Shown: positions 39,071-52,529 of the stretch, piece by piece
How positions within the stretch are numbered: the stretch's first letter is position 1
Layout: the number at the start of each line of letters is the position of its first letter
NCBI GenBank assembly: GCA_964016885.1
Contig: OZ024760.1
Coordinates: 20,522,001-20,586,000, forward strand
DNA from: Eledone cirrhosa
Taxonomy: Eukaryota
Length of the DNA stretch: 64,000 nt
Direction of reading: 5' to 3'
Made by a program: the position numbers and the translations under genes
The notes under the pieces: generated by a model
The model's input: the letters and a program-made list of their open reading frames with translations, nothing else
Told to the model about the DNA's origin: nothing
The model's database searches: none

Positions 39071-39793
39071 AACGAATTGTAAGTTTCGCGGCATATGACT
39101 AAAACTTCCGGTCTTACGGACAAACAACAAAAAACCCCTTTTTTCATCATCCAACTTATTTTATCAGTGCAGTATTTATCGGCGTATAAGACACACACTG
39201 CCCCCTCTTAAAATCTACCTGCGTGTTATATTCGTATACAACCTTTTATTTTGTTAATAATTCTTTTGTACATAACCTTATTTCTATCAAAATTAAGGTG
39301 CGTGTTATATGTCGCTTAATGCTGTATTAAGGTGCGTGTTATATGCCGATACTGTATTAAATTAGTATGTTCTATTTATTTATTTTTGTTGAAGTTTAAT
39401 TTGATTTGCGTTTTTTTTTTATTCTTTTAATTTCATTTACACAAGGGAGAAATCTTCCTAAGACGACAGAGGAAGTTATATGGTGGAGGTACATATTTAT
39501 GGTTGACACCGCAGGAAAATGGTACAATAGGGTGTTTTATATATATATATATATTAATTGTGTCTACTTTTGGCACAAGTCCGACATCTACCCCAGTGTA
39601 TTATTGGTGCTTTATTTTATCGAACCCCGTAAGGATGAAAAGCAAAGTTGATCTCGGTGGGATTTGAACTCAGAACGGACAGGGCCATAACTCTATGCTG
39701 CAAAGCATGGTGTCTGACGCTCTACCGATACTACCAATCTCTATATATTAATGGGGTGATATCGTAGGGAGATGGCACAACAGTGAGGAGGTA

Positions 39794-39992
39794 CGAGGGT
39801 GGGCTGAAAGATTCATAGGCTGATTATGAAGAAGTGATGCTAGGGCTGCGGAATCTTGCATGTCATTAACTTCAACTCTTATTATTAATAGCTGCATTGT
39901 TTCTTTTCAGGGACCATGTTGAAAAATAAACCTCATTTGGTAATCCCATGAGAGTATCTTGGTGAGACTATGAACTTTTCAGTCAACCCTCG
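39794..39992. mobile_element. mariner-type MITE
   Basis: TIR cgagggtgggctgaaa / tttcagtcaaccctcg; partial copy near 28052. Confidence 0.6.
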
Positions 39993-41802
39993 TTATATTG
40001 AAGGGGTGACAAAAATGGCACAATAGAGGGAGACTATGACACCGTAGGCATATGACATTATAAAGGTGTTGGACATATGGTCACAATGTCGAGGGTTGAA
40101 TTCCTGGACTGAGTGTTGTGTTCTTGAGAAAAACCTTTCATTTCATGTAGCTCTAATATATCAGCTCACTGAAAATAAGTACCAACAATAGCTGGGGAGT
40201 TTAACCCTGCAATGGACTGGTGTCCTGTCCAGGGAAGAGTATTGTACTCTCAGTCACTTCACACCAGATAAATACTGTCCTGATGAGCCTCTGAGCTTGA
40301 AACAGATTTTAGTCTGTCGGCTGACCATGTCTTGCTCATACAGGAACTGATTCTGGCTTGATTTCTACAGCTGGATGCCCTTCCTAACACCAACCACATT
40401 TACAGTGAGTGCTGGGTGCTTTTTTGCCGTGGAATGATAGGGACCCCAGCCCTATCATCTCATTTCTACAGCTGAGTAAACTGGAGCAATGTGAAATAAA
40501 GTGTCTTGCTCAAGGAAACAACACATCACCCGGTCTGAGAATTGAACTCACAACCTTTCGATTGCAAGCCCAATGCTCTAACCACTAAGCCATGCACCTG
40601 AATGGAATAAAATTCTCTCGATGGTTTCAACAATAAATGTTTAGCTTTTCGATCATATAGTTGTCCAGCTGGTTGAGTATTCCAGACGCGTGTCTCAGTA
40701 TCATCTCTGTTCAATGTCTATTCCCCATGCTTCCATGGAAATAGTCAGGTTATCACATTATAAGACGAGGTTTATCAGGTAACCCCGTCCTTATATGTTC
40801 CATTTATGGTTTGTTTTCTAATGCTAACCAGTTTACAGGGAGGACTAGGAACTGTTTTCATTGCACAAGGCCAACAGTTTTAAGGGAGAGGAAAGTCGAT
40901 TAAATCGATTCCAGTACATTACTGGTACTTTATTTTATCAAGGCAAAGCTGACCTCGGTAGGATTTGAAACCAGACCATAAAGAACCATAACTATATGCC
41001 ATTGAGCATGTTGTCTGACGATCTACTGATTCTTCCAATCCACCACCAACAAATAATGCTTACTCTATTAGCCACACAGGGCTCACATTAAGGAGACATT
41101 AACCCTTTAGCATTTAAACTGGCCGAATCCAGTCAAAATTCTTTCACCTCTTTCTGTTCAAACCGGCCGTAACTGGCTGCTCATCCAACATTAAGGTATT
41201 GTTGTCAAAATAAATAATATCAAAATCTCATAGATTCGATATTATCTGAGATAATTAAATAAGATAAAACCTTTACCATGAAAATATAATAGCAAATATA
41301 GAGTAATCATCATCATCAACGTTTAACGTCTATCTTCCACGCTAACATGGGTTTAGACGGGAATTGTCCTGTTTGAGGCAAGATTGGTCGGGTGACCGTG
41401 TCTCACTCATATAGGATGCCCTTCCTAACACCAACCATGTTTACAGTGTGGATGCTAAAGGGTTAAAGATGGTACAGGACGAAAGTGTGGCTTTTTTTGT
41501 GCAAAATAAAATTTCTAACAACAAATAATGAACTCTTATATAGGCACAAGGCCAGTATTTTGGGGGAGGGGGAAGTCGATTAAATCGACCCTAGTACATT
41601 ACTGGTGCTTTATCGACCCAGTAAGGATGAAAGGCAAAGTTAACATCGGTGGGATTTGAACTCAGATCATAAAGGGATGTAACTAGGCCGCAAAGGATGG
41701 TGTCCGACCCTCTACCGATACTGCCAATCCACCGCCTTAACTCTAACAACAAATAAAATAATAAAAACAAAAAATAACAAATAAAAAAAAAGGGAAGTTT
41801 TA

Positions 41803-42452
41803 TTATTTATAAACACAGGAATAATATTCATCTTCAAGTTCGTAAAGTTCAGTCGCCATGTCATCTCGTAACGTTAATAACTTCGTGTCCAGTTCACTCT
41901 GTTTCTGTTTGTAGAGTTTTGTGTTCTGACCAATTACTTCATTAACTGACGGGAAGTCGTTTAAGATGAGGAACTGTTTCAGATCTGATACCAGCTTCAT
42001 TAGTGACTCTCCAGCACGGACCTGTAGCCATTGGAAGTAACAGAAGAAAAGAAATATGAGATGAGGAGGAGCAGGTCAAATAATTAGATATGTGTGTGTG
42101 TGTGTGTCTAATATTATAGTTAACCCTTTAGCATTTAAACCGGCCATATCTAGCCAGAATTCTCTCACCTCTTTCTGTTCAAACCTGCCATAACAAGCCA
42201 CTCATACTGATGTTAAGGTATTGTTCTCAAAATCTCAGATTCGATATTATGTGAGATATTTATGTAAGGTAAAGCCTTTACCACGAAAAGACTATAGTAA
42301 ATGTAGAGTAATGTAAATGCTAAAGGGTTAAATATATAGACGTGTGGTAAATAAATATATATATATGGGTGTGTATCTAGGACTACATCATGGTTAAATA
42401 TATAGATGTCTGTAAATCAATGTGTATGTGTGTCTACGAGTACCTTATGGTA

Positions 42453-42487
<35 letters not shown>

Positions 42488-43781
42488 AATGAATGTGTAT
42501 GTATATGTGTATCTAGGACTACATAACTGTTAATTAAATAGATGTGTATATCCAAGACTACATTACAGCTAAATATATATAGATATGTGTAAAAGAATTG
42601 TGCGTGTGTATACCCTGGACTACATTATGGTTAATTAGCCTTATATTATAGTTAAATAATTAGATATATGTAAATAAATATATATGACCGCTGGGTAAAG
42701 AAGTGCCAAGAAATCCCAGTAGAAGGAAGACGCAGTAGAGGTAGACCACGTAAAAACTGGGCGGAGGTGGTGAGAGCAGACCTCAGATCATTGAAGCTCA
42801 CAGAGGAGATGACGAAGGACCATGACAAGTGGAGAGATGCTGTGCTGAATAGGACCCGTCCAACCCTTGCAAGCAGGGAAAAGCGGACGTAAAATGATGA
42901 AGATATATATATATGTGTGTGTGTGTATCTAGGACTACATTATGATTAAATGTAAATGTGTAAATGAATGAGTATGTACATCCAGAACTATATTATGGTT
43001 CAATAAATAGATGTGTGTGTGTGTGTGTGTGGGGGAAGGCATATCTGGAATAATAGATGTGATAGTAATACCTAGTTGTTTGGTTGACAATCTGAATGAT
43101 GGCAGAGAGAGAAAGAGATGAAAGTAGGAAGAAAATAGGTAGATAGAGAGATAGATACAAGCAGTGCCTTGCTCATTAGTACTTACGATATTTGAAGCCC
43201 TGACTTGCATCTCATATTGGTCTTGTTCTGCCTGAGTCATTCTGGAGATCTGGGTATCGTCTTCAACCTGGGATCATGAAAAAATAAACAACAAAAGACA
43301 TTAAGTACAACGTGCTTTAACCCTTTACCATTTACATTACTCACATATATTCATGGTAAAGGCTTTAACTTACATAACATTAAATCTATGAGATTCTGAT
43401 GTTATTTATTTTAAGAACAAAACCCTAACATCAGTATAAGTGGCCAGTTACAGCCGCTTTCAACAGAAAGAGGTGAGAGAATTCTGGCTGGATACAGCCG
43501 GTTTAAATGCTAAAGGGTTAAAAAAAATATTTTCAAACAAATATTTTCATCAGCTTTTTATTGCTTAATTAACCCTAATCCTTAACTCACATACAAAATA
43601 CTGGGATATGATTATCACTTCCTTTTCGTGCCGGTCACTGCCAGGACCTCTGGTGTCCTCGGTCCCCTGAACTGACATTTTCCTCTGCAAAATTGGGATG
43701 AGTGCACCCTCCCCCCTCACATAAGGTCGAGTGGTTGATGCAGTGGGTGTCACTGGCTGTTCTCTGCAGCAATGGTTTCGC

Positions 43782-43837
<56 letters not shown>

Positions 43838-46800
43838 AATATAGATATAGTATGTATGTAGTTTGTATATATGTATGGACCCATAACTCCTGATGAAGTC
43901 ATAGGGGTTTTGTCGTGACACCTGTCATATCTAGGGCACCTTTCAAACCTGTCACAGCCCATCCCATCTGTAGTAGGTCTTTTAACCAAAACCCAGGTTG
44001 ATCATATCGATCAGAGATGTTTTACTAGCTGTGACCAGTAAATTATCAGAGTTGTGAGAGAAGCAGTGACTGAGACACCAGAACATTGGATGAAAATGTC
44101 TTCTGTTATTTCACAGTTTTAAAACAAAAGAAAGAAAATATTTCAATATTTTTTCCATCCACATAAAAAAATGTGATTATACAATTGATTAATTTTAGCA
44201 GTGAGGCTTAGAAATAAGATTTTAAAATATCTATATATATATATTATAAAGAGTTAGGGCCTGATGGCTGTTGAAATGACAAGAGCTCAGCTGTCGGGCC
44301 TCAACTCTTTATAATATAGTCTGTTCCACTACCCCAGGTATCGAGTACTCTGTTGAGTAATGGTCCAACTAGTTTTATCTGGTTCTATCTGGATATACAT
44401 ATATTTTATATCTCTATATATAATATATCTATTTTTTATATATCTATATACATATTAAATATTTCATCAAAAGAATTCATCAATAAATGAACATAAACAC
44501 AAACATGCATCGTTAGTCACTAATTAGTCACCAATTAGTAAGATAGTGGGTACCAAACCCAATGATGATAGATAAGTCATGTTAAGAGTTAGTGGAGAGA
44601 GAGAGATGAGAGGAGCTAATGATGTGGTGGACAGTGGAACCAGTGTTATTTCAATGGTTAATTACATCTAATTAGCCAAGATAGTTAATTGAGTGTCAAG
44701 ATATGCAAAATAATGCTTTTAAATTGAAAAAACACAAACATAAACAGATACACAAAACACACACACATATATGAAATCTACAACTCTTTCCTACAATCAG
44801 ACTGGACACAATGCAACAATGGATCACAGACTGGCAACTGAAGCTGGCTGTGCACAAGTGTACCACCATGCATTTTGGTAGGAAAAATCCAGCGTCCACA
44901 TACTCCCTCCACAACACTGATATCAAGAAGTCCTCTTGTGAACGTGACCTGGGCACTACTGTCAGCAGCGATTTGCGTTGGACAAAGCATGTCTCTAAGA
45001 TTGTCAAGAAGGCCAAGGGTGTCTTGGCATCACTCAGCAAGACCTTTGTTAGCCGCTCTCCAGCCATCTATTTAAAGCTGTATACAGCTATGGTACGACC
45101 ACACTTGGAACCCCTATCTTGCTCAGAACATTGACCTCCTGGAAACTGTTCAGAGACGTGCAACCAAGCGCATACCCTACATCAGACACCTACCATACTC
45201 TGAACGCCTTGCTTCCCTGGGCATGGATTTATTGAAGCTCCGGCGTCTGGCAATAGACTTGGTAAACACCCACAAAATTATTAACCATCTCGCCAACAAC
45301 AACCCTGAGCACCTTTTTGATCTCCATGTGTCTAACACACACGTGGACATGCCTACAAAGTCAGAAAACAGCACAGCTCCCATGACTTTCAGAAACATTT
45401 TTTGATGCTCAGAGTTGCTGAAGCATGGAACAAACTGCCTGCGTCAGTTGTTAGCTGCCGAGACACTGCATCCTTTAAGACACTCATGCTTCCCGAAATT
45501 TGCCAAAACTACACCTGATGTACCCCTCCCATACACATGCACACATGTGTATATCATGACTTATGCACTGTTCATTTTCCTGACGTTTGTACATTACCCT
45601 ATGTACTATACATACACTTTTTGTTGAGTTGTAGTGCACCTGAGTACTGTACACAATATTTCATTATTATTATAGTGGTTAGGATTCCTGGCTTTCATCC
45701 AGGCGGCCTGGGAACGTTTATTTCGTGTTAGGAAGGGCATCCAGCTGTAAAAATCAAGCCAGAATCAGTTCCCGTACTACATAACACCACTCCAATGCTA
45801 CACCACTCCAACACTCCACCACTAGACCATTTCATCATTCCAACACTACACCACTCCATCACTCTACCACTCCAACACTATATCATTCCAACACTACACC
45901 ACCTCATTACTCCACCACTCCATTCTATTGATTAAAATAATATTACAATAATCCACTAAAAAAGGTAAAACAAATTATAAGGAAACCTTATATAAGTTAC
46001 TCCATTAATAAATCCTACATCTGGTGGATGAGGGTGAAGTTATTTTAAACAACAGATAAACCAGACTCCTGTGTGTTGTATGAGGAAACTTAATTTAAAA
46101 AAGCCTCATGTATGCTACTATACTATATTAACAATACATTCTCCTCCACCTTCTCCCCCTTATCATCATCATGAGTAGTACTAAAATACTAACATATGGA
46201 CTAAGTGAACAAACAACAACAACTACAAATGAAATTACAACAACAATATAACAATCCATCTGGTTCAGAAATTGAACTTAAGACCTTACAATCGAGAATC
46301 TAATACTTAACCACAAAGTAAGGGTTTATGAACCCTACCTAATTACAAGGTCAGGGTACATAAACCCTAGCTTATCACAAGATCAGGGTACATAAATCCT
46401 ACCTAATCACAAGGTAAGGGAATATAACTAAACACTTACTAACCCCATGGTCAGGGTACATATACCCTAGCTAACCCCAAAGTAAGGGAAGATAACTAAA
46501 CCCTTACTAATCACAAGGTAAAGGTACATATACCCTAGCTAACCCCAAAGTAAGGGAATATAACTAATCCCTTACTAATCACAAGGTAAGGGAATATAAC
46601 TAATCCCTTACTAATCACAAGGTCAGGGTACATAAATAAATCCTTACTTTGAAATGTTAGACCTAGACAAATGTTTAAGGCAGATGTCATGACCCAGAGT
46701 TTGAGAAATATTTGTAATGTAATGGGGATATTTTATAACATTTTAGGTTTTTAAACCAACATCTACCATGTAAGTAGATCTAGTATTTGACACAAAATGT

Positions 46801-47705
46801 AAACTTACTCCAGAAAATTAAATTTAGACCTGCACAAGCAGGGGTTTCCAATAATATCTGAACCTACTCCACAAAGTTAGATTTAGAACTACACAAATCT
46901 TTAACCCTTTAGCATTTACATTACTCTATATTTACTATTGTATTTTTGTGGTAAAGGTTTTACTTCACATAATATTGAAGCTACGAGACTTTGATTTTAT
47001 TTATTTTCAGAACAATATCTTATCAGTATGAGTGACCAGTTAGGGCCGGTTTGAACAGAAAGAGGTGAGAGAATTCTGGTCGGATACAGCCGGTTTAAAT
47101 ACTAAAAGGTTAAAGTATTTCAACCAACATCTACCATGTAAGGATATGTAGTATTTGGTATAAAATGTTAACTTACTCTAAAAAATTAGATTTAGGTCTG
47201 CACAAGCAGGGGTTAAATGCTATTTATCTAACTTACATCACAAAGTTAAGTTTAGAACTATACAAATTTTTAAGAGTTAAAGCAGGTACCATGACCCAGT
47301 GTTTGATATCCTCTGAGTCTGAGAAGTATCTGTAATGTAATGGCTATTTTTTGAAACATTTTATGAGTGTTTTAAGTCTTTTAACCAAAATCTACCATGT
47401 AAGAGTATCTAGTATTTGACATAAAATGTAAAATTTATGGTAGAAAATGATGACTTATAATAACTAGAGAAACAGGAGTGGACTTCACGTTAATTTGACA
47501 ACATTTGACACACAACACCAGACAAACATTAAACAATGAGAGAATGGAAGAATTTTAAACACACAATTCTACAAACCCGTGCTAGTTTGATAATCTCTCG
47601 AAAGTTATCAACCATTGATTTCACATCATCTTTCAGTCGTTTATTGTAGGATCTCAGTAGAGCTTCTTTGCTTTGTGACAAAACTCTTTGAGGGTGTGTA
47701 GACAT
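41803..47705 (-). CDS. MED22: Mediator subunit 22 (SURF5), 142 aa
   Basis: Exons 47577-47705, 43187-43267, 41803-42021 (429 nt): [25 protein letters not shown]...[33 protein letters not shown]. Probable non-coding exon 1 ends at a gtaagt donor near 49408. Confidence 0.96.
42124..42327. mobile_element. piggyBac-type MITE (TTAA TSD, CCCTTTAGCATTTA TIR)
   Basis: ttaa-ccctttagcattta...taaatgctaaaggg-ttaa; family members near 15142, 34328, 41099, 43317, 46902 and 58752. Confidence 0.8.
42690..42900 (+). mobile_element. RTE LINE 3' fragment, second subfamily
   Basis: [22 protein letters not shown]...[21 protein letters not shown] followed by tgatga tail. Confidence 0.8.
44780..45672 (+). mobile_element. 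CR1/L2-clade LINE 3' fragment
   Basis: [30 protein letters not shown]; frameshifts; (TTA)n tail. Confidence 0.82.
45673..45712 (+). pseudogene. tRNA-Glu(TTC) fragment
   Basis: tagtggttaggattcctggctttcatccaggcggcctggg matches the D and anticodon arms; acceptor and T arms missing. Confidence 0.6.
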
Positions 47706-48367
47706 AACTGTCTGCTTGGTGATTATGGTAATCTGAGAGAAGAAAACCAAATGGGGAAAAATTAATAAACAATGAGTTAAATATTACAATTATTATTTTT
47801 ACTGTTAATCTCATATTTATAGTTGTGAGCAAGACATCACCAGACATATCATCACTTGATATCAATACGAGAAGCAATAATTAAACTTGAGTGGGTGGTT
47901 GGTCCACTCCTTCTCGAGCCTGCACTTAAAAATGTTGACCAATTCAAGGAAACTCCGAGTACTCTAGAAGGTATATGTCGGCTGGGATATGAAATATATA
48001 TATGAGTCCCGGGTTCAATTGGAGGTAATCGCAGTTAGTAAGGTACTCAATACATTAGTAAAATGTAAAAATCAGGTTTAATATAGAAATTGCTTCTACA
48101 TCACTAGAACTGTTTCATTCAAGAAATCACCAGGAAAGAGTTCTAGTCCTGTCCTGTAGAAGCCATCTCTATATTAAACTTGATATATAAAGGAACGATC
48201 GACTTTCGTCAAATCGGATCGAGGAAACAATGTTTCCATTGGTCTTTCCAATTGCTAATACTATCTATCAGTCGCAACTCCAAGTAAAAGGAGCAACGTG
48301 AAATAAAGTGTCTTGCTCAAGGACACAACACATCGCCCAGTCCGGGAATCGAACTCACAACCTCACT

Positions 48368-48445
<78 letters not shown>

Positions 48446-48557
48446 ATAATAATAGTAATATACTTTATATCATCTCTAATTATTTCGAAGTTTTATGTAT
48501 AACATAAACCAGAGCATATCTTTTTCAAACAAAATACATGAGATGTATAATTTTTCA

Positions 48558-48830
48558 TGATATGGTGGTAGTTCGTTTGTATACCAGCATGATATAAAGT
48601 ATATTACTATTATTATTATTTATGTGTATATATATATATATAAAGTTTAATATAGAAATGGCTTCTACAGGACTAGAACTCTTTCCTGGTGATTTCTTGA
48701 ATGAAACAGTTCTAGTGATGTAGAAGCAATTTCTATATTAAACTTTATATATATATATATACACATAAATAATAATAATAGTAATATACTTTATATCATG
48801 CTGGTATACAAACGAACTACCACCATATCA
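48558..48830. repeat. ~270-bp near-perfect palindrome in MED22 intron 1
   Basis: tgatatggtggtagttcg... and ...cgaactaccaccatatca; central unit also occurs at 22680-22790, 36470-36550 and 48075-48180. Confidence 0.85.
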
Positions 48831-49519
48831 TATCTCAAATAAATAGAGATGATGTAAAGTATATATCTTTCGGTTTATTACTATTATTATTATAATACTC
48901 CGGATAAATCTATACCGTTGAGAGCTTGGCATCTGTTATATATGAGTCAGTTGATTACAAATCAACTAACTCTTTTTTCATTGATTATATATATATATGT
49001 CTGATGAGCTTTTGATTCCAAAGTCGGGCCTGATCGATACAGATCCAACCCTGAGCTGATCAATCGCGAAACGCGCGCCACACCTCAATAAACGTAATGG
49101 ACATTTGACACCTCGTTCATATGATATATATATATATGAATTATTTCCGTAGGAGTAAAGGAAAGGAGAGTGCTTTATATAAGCTACAGAGCTATTTAGT
49201 TATGTAATAAACAACATTGTCTTATATATATATATATATATATATACATACATACATACATACATACACAGTGAGGCTAATTTGTTATGGAAACCGTAAG
49301 AGCCTAACTGGGAGCTGTGTATATATATATATATATATATATACATATATATATAGTAATTTCTCCCTCTCAATACATACATTATATATACTCACAAATA
49401 TACTTACAAATAATGAAGACCCTCAACAAGAACCCTACACAAAATTTATAATATTCGGGAAACACCGGTTGTTGTTTTGGTTTATTTTCTTAATATTTTT
49501 ACATTTGTTAATATTTTCG

Positions 49520-49927
49520 ACATTTCCGGCGGAAAAGAAGTTCTCGTTAGTTTCGATGTAATATTAAAAAGAGTTGATAAATATCAGAAATAAAAGTTTA
49601 ACCAAAACGATAATTTTTTTCAGTAAGAAATAAATATTATTAATTTCTTAAATCTAGAAATAGTTTGATTGTAATATTATTTATAAAAATATAATTAATT
49701 AAAAAAGAAAGTCCTGTTTGCTTTTAAAATTATATATTTGATATTCTAGAAATATTTATTTTTGAAACATATGTTTATTGATATTAAATTTTACCATAAA
49801 ATAACAAAATATTGTGATTATATGTATAAATATATTTTATACGTAACAGTGGCTTCAGAACAAGATGGTAGTGTAGCTCCACTCATTTTGGCCACCTATC
49901 GGCCTTTTTATCTTAGGTATCATCATG
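49520..49927. promoter_or_regulatory. Divergent MED22/RPL7A promoter with 5'TOP/TCT start (cctttttatctt, ~49903)
   Basis: pyrimidine tract just upstream of the RPL7A ATG; about 400 bp separates the two divergent first exons. Confidence 0.65.
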
Positions 49928-50352
49928 GTGAGTACTCGTGTCATTTTATCCATTTTTCAATCTTCGATCATCTGCATTTATTTGCACTACAAACCGTTCA
50001 TACAATATATATGTTACATCTTGTAAAAGTGTAGAATATATATTAAAAGAGATTTTGTAAAAATACTCGGCATATGAGTGTATTTAATCGTTGCAAATAT
50101 ATGTGGTAAGCTATGCCTTCTTTTTCTCCCATCCATTTAACGATCATGAATTTTCTCGTGTCACTTCATTTATTAACGACAATCGGAATTGAAATATATA
50201 GTTTAAATGTCTTAAAAAGAAAATATTTATTTAAGAAAGAATCCTATTATATTAGGTTAATATTCTTTACCGTGTTCGTAGAATTAATATAGAAATAGAT
50301 GCAACATATATATTACACACGTGTATCGTCTCCACTTCTGTTCTCACATGTA

Positions 50353-50398
<46 letters not shown>

Positions 50399-50611
50399 AT
50401 ATTTATACACTGGCTGTGAAAGATTTATTTTATATTTCTATCCACATGGTTCTGCAAAAAATATTAAATCGATCCCAGTTGATCCCCAGAAAAGTAGCAA
50501 ACTTTTATATATCTCGGCAATCTTTAAACCGGGAATATGGACGATCGTAACTAAATAGTGAAGTGATTGAGCTAAAAAAATATCCTAAATCCGAGATTAA
50601 TATATTTGATG

Positions 50612-50655
<44 letters not shown>

Positions 50656-51271
50656 GGGTCCAGACTCTTTATTATAGTATAACCGTACTCTACTATCGTA
50701 AGAATCGAGTACTCGGTTAAGTAATGGTCTAACTAGTTTGAAATTGAATCTATCCTGATATATATTTATATATATATTATAAGCATTTGATGTTATTCCA
50801 AATTGAAGGATAAGTGTTTCAAACTTTGTTTTATCATGAGTTAAAGGTCTATAGATTTTTCCATGGATTTTACTAAATTCTGTGGATGAATTTATATCCT
50901 GATTCTCTTTTGAGATGAGTTTGAGTTATTTTTCCTAAATCTTTCGTTAACTACTTTTCCCATCTTGACGTTATAGTCGCATAAATGTTATAGAATGCCG
51001 TTAGCTTCTTGCTAAAACAATCTCTATACGTCTCATTTATATATATATATATATATATATTCCGGGTTTGATGCTAAATTATATTGGAAAAATAACGATT
51101 TAAAATATATAACTGGTTAGGGTTAGTAACATGATAAAAGCTGACCCAAATGTCTTAACTTTACATCGTTTTTATGTTCCTTTTGTTTTCTATATTGGCA
51201 TGGGTTGGACATGTTACCAAGGCATTACTTAGTAGGAGCTGATATCATATTTTTAATAAGGACCTTAAAAA

Positions 51272-51309
<38 letters not shown>

Positions 51310-52529
51310 GTGTGTGTATGTAGTTGGCTTAATATATTTGGGAGTTCCTTTACATGCTTCGATTTATACGTTAGATGACGGCATTGGAAAATGTCCGTGG
51401 AGTAGCAACAATATGAGATGCTCTGGTCTTTGACCTATAGATCTGTTTGATGAGGAAGGGGTCTTGGATTGAAAATATCGATATTTGATACATTGGAAAT
51501 GTATAATTACTAAAATATTGCTATTATATCAATGTTGGCGTGTAGTGTTGTATGTACAGGAGGAGGCCTGTGGTGAGATGGAAGAATCTTTGGATGTGTC
51601 TCTGAGAAATATGTATATATTGCTGATGTGTCGGTTATTTAATGGGACATTTATTTATTATGTTTGGCTAATATTTCGGTATAAGTTCGAGATTTCCGTA
51701 TGTTTCCACCGTATTCTTCCTCTTTAGGGACATACGTTAATGGGATTTTTGCTATGTATTAAACATTTACTACTTTAAATTTACTTATCTATTTTCTTGG
51801 ATAATAATGTTCTTTCATAATATATAATTCTGATATACATATAAATGAGTAAGGTTCGCTTTCTTTTAATTTACGATTATTGTCGAATATTTTTACGGAG
51901 ATTACCGGAAGTGTCTGATCTTAAATTAGTTACTGAGATAAAATGGCTGAAGTATATCTTTTAATGTCTAGTGAGTGGTGGTGTTTCTTGAGTAGTAGTA
52001 TGGTTAGATAGGAGAATACTTCCGAAGCCTTTCATTTATTCCCTTCGGGTCGATCAGATAAAAATGTTAAAATATTTTGTTTCTGTTGCTGAATGTCGGA
52101 ACATTGAAAAATCTTTCTCTGTTAACACGAACTACAACACTTGTGTGGGCTTTCAGATTATATTCCAACTGTGAACTGCCTTTAAGACTTTAGAGTTGTG
52201 TGTATAAATGAACACTTAGAGCCGCCCTAGGAACAATCCAGTAGATAAATGGTGCCATATTAAAAGTGCTTAATTTGCACGTGAAATCAATAAAAAATGC
52301 ATAACATTGTTTCCCTTGTGTATAATGATTTAACAATTTTTGAAGTACAGAATTTTCTTAATGGCCTTTTTCCCCCCCTTTGATTTCCTTCCTATCACAT
52401 GTCTCCAGCCTTTGAAATCGAAGAAGGGAAAAAAGAAGCTTCCACCGGTTCCTACCGTTGCTAGGAAGATTGAACCAAAGAAAGTGGTCAACCCTCTTTT
52501 TGAGAAGAGACCAAAGAACTTTGGTATAG
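49925..52529 (+). CDS. RPL7A: 60S ribosomal protein L7a (eL8/SURF3), exons 1-2; later exons not seen in window
   Basis: ATG-only exon 1 (ATG 49925-49927 then gtgag). Exon 2 52409-52529 reads [41 protein letters not shown], with a gtaagt donor. Confidence 0.93.

Noticed and set aside
40274-40325. Hammerhead-like CTGATGA..GAAA..TC
   Set aside because: Spans the junction of two SINE fragments with weak stems I and II; likely chance.
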